The position numbers and the translations under genes were made by a program. DNA of 64,000 nt from Candidatus Woesearchaeota archaeon (GTDB taxonomy: Archaea > Nanobdellota > Nanobdellia > Pacearchaeales > GW2011-AR1), in the NCBI GenBank assembly GCA_964647695.1, contig CAZYIS010000001.1, positions 48,275-112,274 on the forward strand, in the 5' to 3' direction. Positions within the stretch are counted from its first letter, which is position 1; every line of letters begins with the position of its first letter. The notes under the pieces were generated by a model. It was not told the DNA's origin. It saw nothing but the letters and a program-made list of their open reading frames with translations, and did not search any database. Below are positions 8,580 through 17,094 of the stretch, in pieces.

Positions 8580-11183
8580 TTATTTATTTCCTATGGCTTT
8601 CATATGTAATTCATGCATTCTCTTTAAAAAATTAGCCCTATCTTCCATCTTAATAAGATCCGATCTTCCTTCCAATGAAAGATTAACCCCAAAAGGACTT
8701 ACAAAAGGTGTTCTTATCTTCTTCAGCTTAACCGTTCCATTTTCAATCCACTTTAACACCTGCTCAGCACTTTTTATGTCCATTAAATCCTCAAAAACCT
8801 CTCTCCTTGCTTCTCTAAGTATGGGGAACTCATTACTTATCTTCTTTACTGCCACCAATAGAAATCCTGAATGCATCTGCTGTTTACCTACGCTCTTTTC
8901 TCTTCCCTTATAGTTTCTAAGAATCATCAAAGATCTAGCAGCACACTGTCTAAACCTTCGGTTAAGTATTTCGGTTCTTTCCACTGCCTCTTTCAATATC
9001 TCCCTCAAATTTTTACTTTTTACAAAATCAATTATCTTATTTTCATCCAATTCTGTTCCCGATATAAAGAAGCCATTATCATTTACTCCTATTTCTATAT
9101 CTCTATACTTTAGTCTAGCGGCAGCAAAAGCATAGGCCCTAGCCAAAGAATCATTTACTCTTCTACCATAGAGCGAATGAAACATTAATACTTCCTTATC
9201 TGATTTGAACTTCTCAACCACCAAAGTATTAACATCCGGAACTGCAGCAAACTTACTTTGTTCAAGAAAATAGTTATAAATCGTTTCAGCCACATGTTTT
9301 TTACAATAAACATTTTCCATAATAAATTCTATTGCTTCTTTCTTATTGTTCAATCTCTCTTTCAACAGCTTTCTAAACCGTCCAATGCTCAAAGCCACAT
9401 CAAAACTCAAGGGCAACTGTTCAGAAAACCAACTAGGGATTGTAGGATTTTTAGTAACCCCTGCCGAAACATAGGCCTTCATACCTCTGGAATAAAGATA
9501 TTGATATTTTGCTCCCCCTAGTACAAAAATATCTCCTCTTTTCATTCTCTCCAGAAAGGATTCATCAATCTTACCTATTATCTGCCCTCTCTGCTCAACC
9601 GGATTCTGAATTGTAACGCTTATGAATCCTTCTTCAGGAATAGTTCCTATATTAGTCATATACATAACTCTTGCCATCTTTCCTCTCTTTCCAATCTGAT
9701 TCTTTTCTTTATCATACCATATTTTAGCATAAACATTTCTATGTTCTAGAGCATACTCTCCTGCTAGATAACTAACCACATCAAAAAAATCTTCTTTGCT
9801 CAAATTTTCATAGCAATAACTCCTTCTAATGGTTGCAAGTAGTTCATCCACAGCCCATATTCTAGATATGGCCATTCCAAATATCTGCTGAGCCAGCACA
9901 TCTAAACAATTTTTTGGTATATCTGCTCTATCAATTTTACCCTCCACCATCTCTTTCATCAATATACTACATTCCACCAAGTCATCCCTATCCAAAACTA
10001 TGAATTCGCCCCTAGGATTCTCATGGAGTTTATGGCCTGCTCTTCCAATTCTTTGCAACGCTCTAGAAACCGACTTAGGACTTCTAATCATCACAACCAG
10101 ATCTATGCTTCCTATATCTATTCCCAGTTCCAAAGACGTACTGGAAACAACAACTTTCAATTGTCCTGCTCTCAATTTATCTTCAATCTCCAATCTTTTC
10201 TCCTTAGACATGGAACCATGATGGGCCCCTATCAAACCTTCATATTTTCCTGGAAAATGCATATCTAAAAAATGAATTATTCTTTCTGTAGCTGCCCTAG
10301 TATTAGTAAATATCAATGTGGTTCTATTTTTTTCAATCAATTCATCCAATAATTTGTAAAACTTTTTTTGATTTACTTGATTTTCCGCTTCCAGAATATT
10401 ATCTCCTGGATAATCCAGCCCAATTTCAATCTTCTTATTCAATTTAACTGCTGCAATTAAACAATCTCTCTGAGTTCCCACTAAAAACTTAGCTATTTCC
10501 TCCAGAGGAGATATGGTGGCACTAAGTCCAATACGCACCGGTTCAATTTTACTATAATTACACAGTCTTTCAAGAGTAAGTGAAAGGTAAACTCCTCGCT
10601 TATTAGTCAATGCGTGTATTTCATCCACTATAACAAATTCCAAATTCTTAACATTTTCCACAAACTTCTCAGTTGTCAATACTATGGCCAAACTTTCCGG
10701 AGTTGTAACATATATGTGTGGGCTCTTTCTAGCATGTTTAGCTCTTTCAGCCGCCGTTGTATCTCCTGTTCTTAATCCTACTCTTATCTTTTGCATCTTT
10801 ATTCCTTTTTTCAAGGCTAAAGCCTCAATTTCTTCGAGTGGATTAATTAAATTAACAAAAATATCATTGCTCAATGCCTTTAATGGAGAAGTATAGATTG
10901 CATATATCTTATCTTCCAGTTCATTTTTCAGTGCAAGAGAGACAATATAATTAATTATTCCCAGAAAAGCTGTAAGTGTTTTAGTTCCGCCAGTAGGTGC
11001 ACTAACCAGAATGTTTTTTCTATCATAAATATTTTTTACACCATATAACTGAGTCAATGAATAATCCTTAAACCTAGTAAAAAACCATTCTTTCACGATA
11101 GGATCTAGTATTGCACTAACTTCAGCACTCTTGAAAGGTTCAATATATTTTATTTCCGACATATAATTCTGCCTTGAGTTCAT
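8580..11183 (-). CDS. lhr: Lhr-like superfamily 2 DEAH/DEIH-box helicase (Lhr-core architecture)
   Basis: 867 aa. Motif I VSAPTGGTKTL (non-canonical: Thr replaces the Gly before the Lys), motif II VDEIH, motif III LSAT, motif VI QRIGRAGH. About 400-aa C-terminal WH/domain-4 region typical of Lhr-core. Confidence 0.85.
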   Translation of the reverse strand: MNSRQNYMSEIKYIEPFKSAEVSAILDPIVKEWFFTRFKDYSLTQLYGVKNIYDRKNILVSAPTGGTKTLTAFLGIINYIVSLALKNELEDKIYAIYTSPLKALSNDIFVNLINPLEEIEALALKKGIKMQKIRVGLRTGDTTAAERAKHARKSPHIYVTTPESLAIVLTTEKFVENVKNLEFVIVDEIHALTNKRGVYLSLTLERLCNYSKIEPVRIGLSATISPLEEIAKFLVGTQRDCLIAAVKLNKKIEIGLDYPGDNILEAENQVNQKKFYKLLDELIEKNRTTLIFTNTRAATERIIHFLDMHFPGKYEGLIGAHHGSMSKEKRLEIEDKLRAGQLKVVVSSTSLELGIDIGSIDLVVMIRSPKSVSRALQRIGRAGHKLHENPRGEFIVLDRDDLVECSILMKEMVEGKIDRADIPKNCLDVLAQQIFGMAISRIWAVDELLATIRRSYCYENLSKEDFFDVVSYLAGEYALEHRNVYAKIWYDKEKNQIGKRGKMARVMYMTNIGTIPEEGFISVTIQNPVEQRGQIIGKIDESFLERMKRGDIFVLGGAKYQYLYSRGMKAYVSAGVTKNPTIPSWFSEQLPLSFDVALSIGRFRKLLKERLNNKKEAIEFIMENVYCKKHVAETIYNYFLEQSKFAAVPDVNTLVVEKFKSDKEVLMFHSLYGRRVNDSLARAYAFAAARLKYRDIEIGVNDNGFFISGTELDENKIIDFVKSKNLREILKEAVERTEILNRRFRQCAARSLMILRNYKGREKSVGKQQMHSGFLLVAVKKISNEFPILREARREVFEDLMDIKSAEQVLKWIENGTVKLKKIRTPFVSPFGVNLSLEGRSDLIKMEDRANFLKRMHELHMKAIGNK

Positions 11184-11254
11184 TATTTAAGTCTTATGAA
11201 ATATAAAATTTTTCAAATCAGTAGCTTTAAATAAGTTATTCGGTTTTATCTTCC

Positions 11255-11587
11255 ATGCCCATCATATCCCAACAAAAAAAAGACAAAATATCTGAACAAA
11301 TACTACATTATCTTTTTGAAAACTCTCCCGAAAGCAAATTCACTTCCGACATAGCCAAAGAAATCGCTCGAGATGAAGAATTTATTAAAATAATTCTTGC
11401 TGATTTGTCAAAAAAAGGCTTAATCAATCTAATAACTAAAAATTCTTCCGGCGTTTCCTACCTAAAAAGACAAAGATGGCGTCTAAGCAATCAAGCATTC
11501 CAAATTTATTCCAATGCTCAGTCCCATAAAAACCAGAATGCTGTATTTCAGAATAACAATATTTATAATAACTCTGATGACTCTTGA
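11255..11587 (+). CDS. hypothetical small protein (possible winged-helix)
   Basis: 110 aa. Stop overlaps the start of the next ORF (ATGA-type overlap). Confidence 0.4.
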   Translation: MPIISQQKKDKISEQILHYLFENSPESKFTSDIAKEIARDEEFIKIILADLSKKGLINLITKNSSGVSYLKRQRWRLSNQAFQIYSNAQSHKNQNAVFQNNNIYNNSDDS

Positions 11588-12285
11588 ATTCTATGGACAA
11601 GGATCCAATTAAAGAAGCATTTACCCGCGCAAAAATTGATATTCAATCACTTAAAGACCAATTCTCTTCACTATTAAATGAAATTCAAGATATTAAACGA
11701 ACTCTCAATACTATATCTAATAAACCCTCAGACAGACAGATAGACCAACAGACAAACCAACAGATAAATAAGGCAGATATCCAACAAGAAGATGAATTAT
11801 ACGAACCTCCAACATCTGATTGGCCCTATAAACGTCTAAAACCCCATGTTTACAGACTTTCCACAAGAAATAGGGGGGTTCCAACAGACAGACAGACAAA
11901 CCAACAGACAGACAGACAAACACATAATAAAGGGAAAATCGACAAAATAGCAGCCATTGACCAGGTTTCCCAGATACTAGAATCCCTAGATTCCATGAAA
12001 AAAGAGCTCAGATCGAAGTTTAAACATTTAACCAATCAAGAAATGCTAGTTTTTTCAACCATCTATCAACTTGAAGAAGAAGGTTTTTCCGTCGATTATC
12101 CTCTAGTTTCTCAGAAATTAAGTCTTACCGAGTCATCCATACGAGATTATGTTCTTAAGCTAACAAAAAAAGGTATTCCCATCGGTAAAATCAAAGAAAA
12201 CAATAAGAAAATCTTCCTTAAAATCTCTTCAGAGTTCAAGAAATTGGCTTCTCTGGATACGATTTTAGCTTTGAGAGAATTATAA
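11584..12285 (+). CDS. coiled-coil protein with C-terminal MarR-like winged HTH and internal DRQTNQQT peptide repeats
   Basis: 233 aa. Repeats PSDRQIDQQTNQQ and DRQTNQQTDRQTH are encoded by CAGA-type tandem DNA repeats. C-terminal region reads as wHTH (LTNQEMLVFSTIYQLEEEGF...IRDYVLKLTKKG). Confidence 0.5.
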   Translation: MNSMDKDPIKEAFTRAKIDIQSLKDQFSSLLNEIQDIKRTLNTISNKPSDRQIDQQTNQQINKADIQQEDELYEPPTSDWPYKRLKPHVYRLSTRNRGVPTDRQTNQQTDRQTHNKGKIDKIAAIDQVSQILESLDSMKKELRSKFKHLTNQEMLVFSTIYQLEEEGFSVDYPLVSQKLSLTESSIRDYVLKLTKKGIPIGKIKENNKKIFLKISSEFKKLASLDTILALREL

Positions 12286-12597
12286 AAAATTAATTAACCG
12301 GTTAAACGAACAACGTTTAAGCTACGCTATTGCTAACCTCATCTTTCCAAAAAGCTAAAAATCAGCCCTTTTAAGCTCTATAAAGGCAAATCTTCAATTT
12401 TTCCTACAGTTTAAATCAGAGAAATTGATCATTTTGTTCCAATTTCTCCTCACTTTTGCTTGAACGTGAAAACCCTATTTTTCTATTAAACCTCATTCCG
12501 CCATTGTTTTTTGACACTATTACTCTCAAACTTTCGCTTTCAAGGCCCCTCAGTAAAACTCTCTCTTTTTGACTCAAATTGATCATTTTTTCCATAC

Positions 12598-13275
12598 TCA
12601 TGGGCCCTCACTTTTCACTTTTTCTGCTTCTTTTTCACTATTTTCATCATTTGACTTATTAACGCGAACCTTTTGACCCTTGTTAACTCTCACTTTTCCA
12701 TATTTTGCTAGTTTTTCACGTATTTCTGCCGGTACAAAGACCCTCTTTTTACCGTTTTTCTCTGTTATTTCCATAATTAATCCCTCATTCTTCTGTTTTA
12801 TAGCATTTATTTGTCCTCTTACGGTTGATCGCTCTTTTCCTAGTAAAAGTGCCAAATCTTCATAGCTTAGCTTCATTTCGCTGTTCATTAAGGTAAAAAT
12901 GAGGAGTCTTTCATTTGCACTAAGATTCTTTAGAATTTCGTAAAAATTGCCTGTTTGAACAGCTGTTTGAACAGCAATATCAACAGCTTCAACAGCTGTC
13001 TGTTTACCTAAAACAGCCGATTTCTTAAACACCTGTTTGTTTTTGTCGCCCTCAGAAACCACATCAACTCCTTCGCGCAAACTTTCGATCTCATCTTTAA
13101 TCGACGCTAATTCCAATTTTAACTCATTTAATACGTCAAACACCTGTTTGTCTCTCCCATCCAAGTACTTTATCCACTTTCCAACAGCATCAATATCTTT
13201 TTTAACAGAATTAAAACCTTCTTGAGTTTTTTCCTCAAGTTTATTTTCCTTTTTTTTAAATAACCAGTCTAACAT
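12598..13275 (-). CDS. coiled-coil protein with C-terminal winged HTH; contains QTAV repeats encoded by CAGCTGTTTG repeats
   Basis: 225 aa. C-terminal LSANERLLIFTLMNSEMKLSYEDLALLLGKERSTVRGQINAIKQ is wHTH-like. Convergent with the previous gene. Confidence 0.5.
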   Translation of the reverse strand: MLDWLFKKKENKLEEKTQEGFNSVKKDIDAVGKWIKYLDGRDKQVFDVLNELKLELASIKDEIESLREGVDVVSEGDKNKQVFKKSAVLGKQTAVEAVDIAVQTAVQTGNFYEILKNLSANERLLIFTLMNSEMKLSYEDLALLLGKERSTVRGQINAIKQKNEGLIMEITEKNGKKRVFVPAEIREKLAKYGKVRVNKGQKVRVNKSNDENSEKEAEKVKSEGP

Positions 13276-13772
13276 AATTATATATCAAGTCCTATACTAT
13301 ATAAACCTTACGTCTATAGCCTCTAAAACCGTCGATAACCTTTTTAATTTTTCATCAAAAAATGCTCAGACAAACACCCTTAAACAGCAGACAAACACCC
13401 TCTATGCTCCAAAAAACAGCTGTTTGAACACTCAAAAACACCTGTTTTATCAATAAAACTGCTTCAAACACTCTTAATTTTATTAAAAAATCATAAAAAA
13501 ATGCTCAAACTTTTAAGCAAAACCATTAATTTTGATTATCTATAAAAACCGTTAAAAATTAACAATTAAAAACCGTTAAAAATTGATAAAATCGATATTT
13601 TTAGCATATTTTCATCAAAAAATAACAAAACATTTAAATACCTCCTATTCCTATAATAAGTATACACCTCTTTTTCCCGGAGGAGGACGTTTGATCATTT
13701 AAATCTAGTACGATTAAACTTCCTCTTCTAGGAGTTCAACCTCTTTTTCAGACAAAAAGTTTAAAAACCTCC

Positions 13773-13985
13773 GTGTATTATAGATTATACGAGGACAAAA
13801 AAATAATAAATATGGTAAAATATGGTTCAATTTGGTCAACATCAGACATTTTTTGTCAAAAATGTCACAAAAACACCCGCGGAGTACAATTGAAAAGTAT
13901 AGAAATGGCAAAACATGGTCTTTCTTTAGAACTTTGTAGCTCGTGTATCTCCGAAATTGCCAGTGATTCTTCAAATTTCGTCTAA
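13773..13985 (+). CDS. small zinc-ribbon protein (CxxC...CxxC)
   Basis: 70 aa with CQKCH and CSSC pairs. Preferred over the overlapping antisense 93-aa ORF 13714-13995, which looks like junk. Confidence 0.3.
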   Translation: MYYRLYEDKKIINMVKYGSIWSTSDIFCQKCHKNTRGVQLKSIEMAKHGLSLELCSSCISEIASDSSNFV

Positions 13986-14001
13986 AAATTAACAAAAAAC
14001 G

Positions 14002-14253
14002 ATGAAAATACTAAAAACCAAACGATCCTTCCGGAAGGAGTTCCGCAGACAGATCAAAATGGCCCTTGTTGCAGCCATCGGATTCACCATTGCCTTTGCC
14101 TGGAGGGATTCTTTGTCCCAAATTCTTGAAAAAACCGCTGAAAACCTAGGTTACGAAGTTGGTTTGGGCTCTTCGCCCCTTTTTATGCCTTTTTTAACCA
14201 CAATTTTAGGCGTTTTGCTCATAATCCTACTCTCAAAAATCTTTTCCGACTGA
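14002..14253 (+). CDS. small membrane protein
   Basis: 83 aa, two hydrophobic helices. Immediately upstream of mscL. Confidence 0.45.
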   Translation: MKILKTKRSFRKEFRRQIKMALVAAIGFTIAFAWRDSLSQILEKTAENLGYEVGLGSSPLFMPFLTTILGVLLIILLSKIFSD

Positions 14254-14274
14254 TTTTTCAGCCCGTTAAGGTCT

Positions 14275-14619
14275 ATGAAAGGAGGTATCATCATGGTAGT
14301 TCAAAAAAGCATAGGTTTAGCCAAAGAATTCAGAGAATTTTTGAAAGAATATAAGGTCATAGGACTCGCTGTTGCCGTAATCATGGGTTTTGCAGCCAAT
14401 ACAATGATCAAATCTTTAGTTGATAACATAATAATGCCCCTAATAACTCCATTTATACCTGGAGGAGCCTGGCAAACAGCCGTTTGGAATTTCTGGGTCT
14501 GGAAAGGAATCGCCTGGGGATCGTTTTTATCAGCTTTAATCTACTTCCTCATCATAGCATTGGTTGTTTTCCTCATATCCAAGTTCATGCTTAAGGAAGA
14601 AAAGGTAACTAAGAAGTAA
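14275..14619 (+). CDS. mscL: large-conductance mechanosensitive channel MscL
   Basis: KEFREFLKEYKVIGLAVAVIMGFAANTMIKSLVDNIIMPLI matches the MscL N-terminus/TM1 signature. Two TM helices, about 110 aa. Confidence 0.8.
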   Translation: MKGGIIMVVQKSIGLAKEFREFLKEYKVIGLAVAVIMGFAANTMIKSLVDNIIMPLITPFIPGGAWQTAVWNFWVWKGIAWGSFLSALIYFLIIALVVFLISKFMLKEEKVTKK

Positions 14620-14636
14620 ACAGCTGTTTATTCTTA
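14617..14636 (+). terminator. palindromic TAAACAGCTGTTTA hairpin overlapping the mscL stop, followed by a T-rich tract
   Basis: Inverted repeat centred on CAGCTG. Same core as the 19446 element. Confidence 0.4.
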
Positions 14637-14684
14637 TCATTTAAACACCCATAAGCTTATATTTTTCATTTTTTTATTATATTT

Positions 14685-15164
14685 ATGCCACAAAAGGGGC
14701 TAGATAGGCAATCCGAACTCGAATCCCTTTCCCTAGAAGAGGTTCAAAGACGAAAAAACTGGAGACAAAGTCATCCAATTTATAGGAATTACGCACGCGG
14801 AAATCCGGTTGAACATCAACAAGCGGAGCTGTCCATTGGAAGGACGGACATCGAATTCAAACACCTTCCCCAACACCCGGAGAACATAGACCTCAATCCA
14901 GGAAAGCAAGGTCCAAGCCAACAGCTGTTGGACTCCGCATTACCCTATTCTTTTCATTCTCCAAAAAAAGGAAAGTCTCATTTTAGAAGAACCATCTTCC
15001 AAACAACCTATAGACATGGAGTTAACCAGCTCCTAAAAACCAAAGGCATTAATCCCTATGAGTGGGAACCTTTTGATAATTTTGTAATTATCTCAGCAGA
15101 AGAATCAGATTTTTTAGAAAATTTAGTCAAGGTATTCCCAGAATATTATGCTCAAACCTTCTAG
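14685..15164 (+). CDS. hypothetical protein (GC-elevated island gene)
   Basis: 159 aa. Local GC about 45% against a roughly 30% background. Amino-acid usage is Arg/Gln/His/Pro-rich, unlike the host core. Confidence 0.45.
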   Translation: MPQKGLDRQSELESLSLEEVQRRKNWRQSHPIYRNYARGNPVEHQQAELSIGRTDIEFKHLPQHPENIDLNPGKQGPSQQLLDSALPYSFHSPKKGKSHFRRTIFQTTYRHGVNQLLKTKGINPYEWEPFDNFVIISAEESDFLENLVKVFPEYYAQTF

Positions 15165-15280
15165 CATCGCTAACAACTTTAATTCACCTATAAAGTTCGG
15201 TTAATTATCCAAAATCTTACCAAAAAACCACTGCCTTTTAACAATTATTTTCAGCCATTTTAGCCTAATTTCATGGAAAA

Positions 15281-15290
15281 GTATAAAAAC
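15281..15290 (+). promoter_or_regulatory. TATA-like box GTATAAAAAC 30 nt upstream of ATG (leaderless-type promoter)
   Basis: cgAAAAGTATAAAAAC module repeated at 15758 and 17077. Confidence 0.45.
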
Positions 15291-15310
15291 TCGGCAGGGG
15301 TTAAATTTTT

Positions 15311-15652
15311 ATGGAAATAAAACCTCAAGATTTTCGTGGAAGTCTAGCAGCAATGCCTTTACAGGCAATGATAAGAGAAGAGCAGGAGCAGAATTCTCGA
15401 TATTCAGAAGAACACTGGAAATGGTACTGTGCACGAGCAGATAGACTTGAAAGAACAATATTTGGAACTTTAGCATTGGCTTCTGAAATGGTGGCTGCTT
15501 CTTACCTATACTCTGGGCTTACACTTAATAATCCAAAAGATTATCTAGATGCAGGAATTGTTGGTTTATTTGGCTTATTTTCTGGTGCCACAAGCTATTC
15601 CGCGCATAGATCTTTGCGTAAAACAAGCCAAAAACCAGCAGTTTCTAACTAA
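15311..15652 (+). CDS. hypothetical protein, cassette-like (shared promoter and C-terminal SQKPAVSN tail)
   Basis: 113 aa. Preceded by a GTATAAAAAC TATA-like box 30 nt upstream of the ATG. C-terminus and 3' flank shared with 15788-16057. Confidence 0.45.
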   Translation: MEIKPQDFRGSLAAMPLQAMIREEQEQNSRYSEEHWKWYCARADRLERTIFGTLALASEMVAASYLYSGLTLNNPKDYLDAGIVGLFGLFSGATSYSAHRSLRKTSQKPAVSN

Positions 15653-15757
15653 TTCTCAAGTTCGTTTAATCAAAAGGCAGCCAGGTGTCCTAAAAAATAA
15701 TAACTTCAGTCCATGTGAGGCCGAAGGCCGAACGCGCCCGGCATAAAACATCGAAAA

Positions 15758-15767
15758 GTATAAAAAC
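15758..15767 (+). promoter_or_regulatory. TATA-like box GTATAAAAAC 30 nt upstream of ATG
   Basis: Same module and spacing as 15281. Confidence 0.45.
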
Positions 15768-15787
15768 GCAACAATGGTTAATTTTTT

Positions 15788-16057
15788 ATGAAAGGATTTT
15801 ATATATTAAAAAGACCGGAAGGAAAGCCAATAGGCAGACCAAAATTGGTTTCCAGAGATGTTCCTTTTGATAGGGAAGATCTAGAGTTTAAAGTCAAATT
15901 AAGTCGCCCAAGAGGAGCAAACGCAGGATTAATCTCTGACGATTCTGATCGTCATTATGAAAAGCGCTCAATGGGATCATCACATATAAAAGCAAATTAT
16001 GTTACCTATGCAGTTCAGTACTATAAAATAAGCCAAAAACCCGCAGTTTCTAGCTAA
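15788..16057 (+). CDS. hypothetical protein, cassette-like (shared promoter and C-terminal SQKPAVSS tail)
   Basis: 89 aa. Identical promoter spacing to 15311. Shared C-terminal ISQKPAVSS and 3' flank. Confidence 0.45.
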   Translation: MKGFYILKRPEGKPIGRPKLVSRDVPFDREDLEFKVKLSRPRGANAGLISDDSDRHYEKRSMGSSHIKANYVTYAVQYYKISQKPAVSS

Positions 16058-16160
16058 AGGAGGAGTTCGCCTAATCACTCTTAACTGCCGTTTTGAGGTC
16101 CCTAACGTCGAAAGTACGCTTTAATCGATACATTTTTATACTCTTACTCTAATCAGACTT

Positions 16161-16445
16161 ATGGATAATTTAGTTTACAAATTAGAATTAGAAATAAAAG
16201 GTATGAAACTTCCAGGAGTTATAGAAGTACATGACGCATTACCTGTGGAAAAGCAAGTGTTATATCTAAATGATAATTTTAAAACTATTGCAAGTATAGA
16301 ATCTGGATACTATGTAGTTACTCAAGTAGTCAGATCTTTAGATTTGACTTTTTCAGATAGACGTCTAAAAAGGGCAGAACAATTAGATTTGCCGGTTGTT
16401 TTTGCAACATACTTTGGTAGAAATAGACCTCCAAAGTCAGAATAA
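16161..16445 (+). CDS. hypothetical protein
   Basis: 94-aa ORF in the repeat-rich island. Confidence 0.4.
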   Translation: MDNLVYKLELEIKGMKLPGVIEVHDALPVEKQVLYLNDNFKTIASIESGYYVVTQVVRSLDLTFSDRRLKRAEQLDLPVVFATYFGRNRPPKSE

Positions 16446-16506
16446 TTCTTATAGCTTAATCTTTCAATCACTGCTTAGAACTTTCAGCATAGATATAAAG
16501 TTCGTT

Positions 16507-16800
16507 TTAATACTCTCTAGGTAATTCGTTAGTTTGAAAATTTATGAATGCATCAACATGATCCTTTTCTAATTTTCTTCTAGTTCTGGAAACTATATAT
16601 GAAAGTAATGTTGAACCATAGCAAATAGGTGTCGCAACATCCACTATATCTGCAGCTATTCTTTCTTCAGCTTCAGGTAGTCTTCCGCCAGACATTGACT
16701 CTCCAGCAAGTTTGCTTACTCCATAAACTCCAACTAATCCTGAAACTAACGATGTCGTTACAAGACCTATTTCAATTTTTCTTAATAATCCTTTTACCAT
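16507..16800 (-). CDS. hypothetical membrane protein
   Basis: 97 aa. Hydrophobic N-terminus. Flanked on both sides by GTTCGTTTAAT motif copies. Confidence 0.4.
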   Translation of the reverse strand: MVKGLLRKIEIGLVTTSLVSGLVGVYGVSKLAGESMSGGRLPEAEERIAADIVDVATPICYGSTLLSYIVSRTRRKLEKDHVDAFINFQTNELPREY

Positions 16801-17076
16801 ATTATTTTAGTAAAACCTAGATTAATAAATCTTTCCGCTCAAACTTTCTAGCGCAAAAGAAGGGTTCGTTTAATTAATCAGAAAATTAAAAGTTCGCATA
16901 ACTAGTCTTTCATAATCTTTATATACTTCCTATGCTTTAGTATATTGTATCTACGGATACACCTCTTTTTCCCAGGAGAAGGAGTTTGACCAAATTCTAA
17001 ACAAACTCAGGTTGATCTCCTCTCTTGGAACATTTAATAATATTATATCGGAAGGGTTCGTTTAATTTTTAGAAAG

Positions 17077-17086
17077 GTATAAAAAC
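17077..17086 (+). promoter_or_regulatory. TATA-like box GTATAAAAAC 18 nt upstream of ATG
   Basis: Same module as 15281 and 15758. Confidence 0.4.
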
Positions 17087-17094
17087 GCTTTAGA

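Noticed and set aside
8593-10896. Five plus-strand ORFs (8593-8913, 8871-9113, 9258-9521, 10000-10268, 10684-10896)
   Set aside because: They are antisense to the long, motif-bearing Lhr helicase ORF. They have low-complexity translations and no start context.
11717-12035. Minus-strand ORFs 11717-11923 and 11850-12035 (VCLSVGLSVCL...)
   Set aside because: Artefacts of the CAGA tandem repeats, read on the opposite strand of a bona fide repeat-containing gene.
13714-13995. 93-aa minus-strand ORF
   Set aside because: Junk-like translation. It overlaps a more plausible plus-strand Cys4 mini-ORF and the conserved ~80-nt non-coding element.
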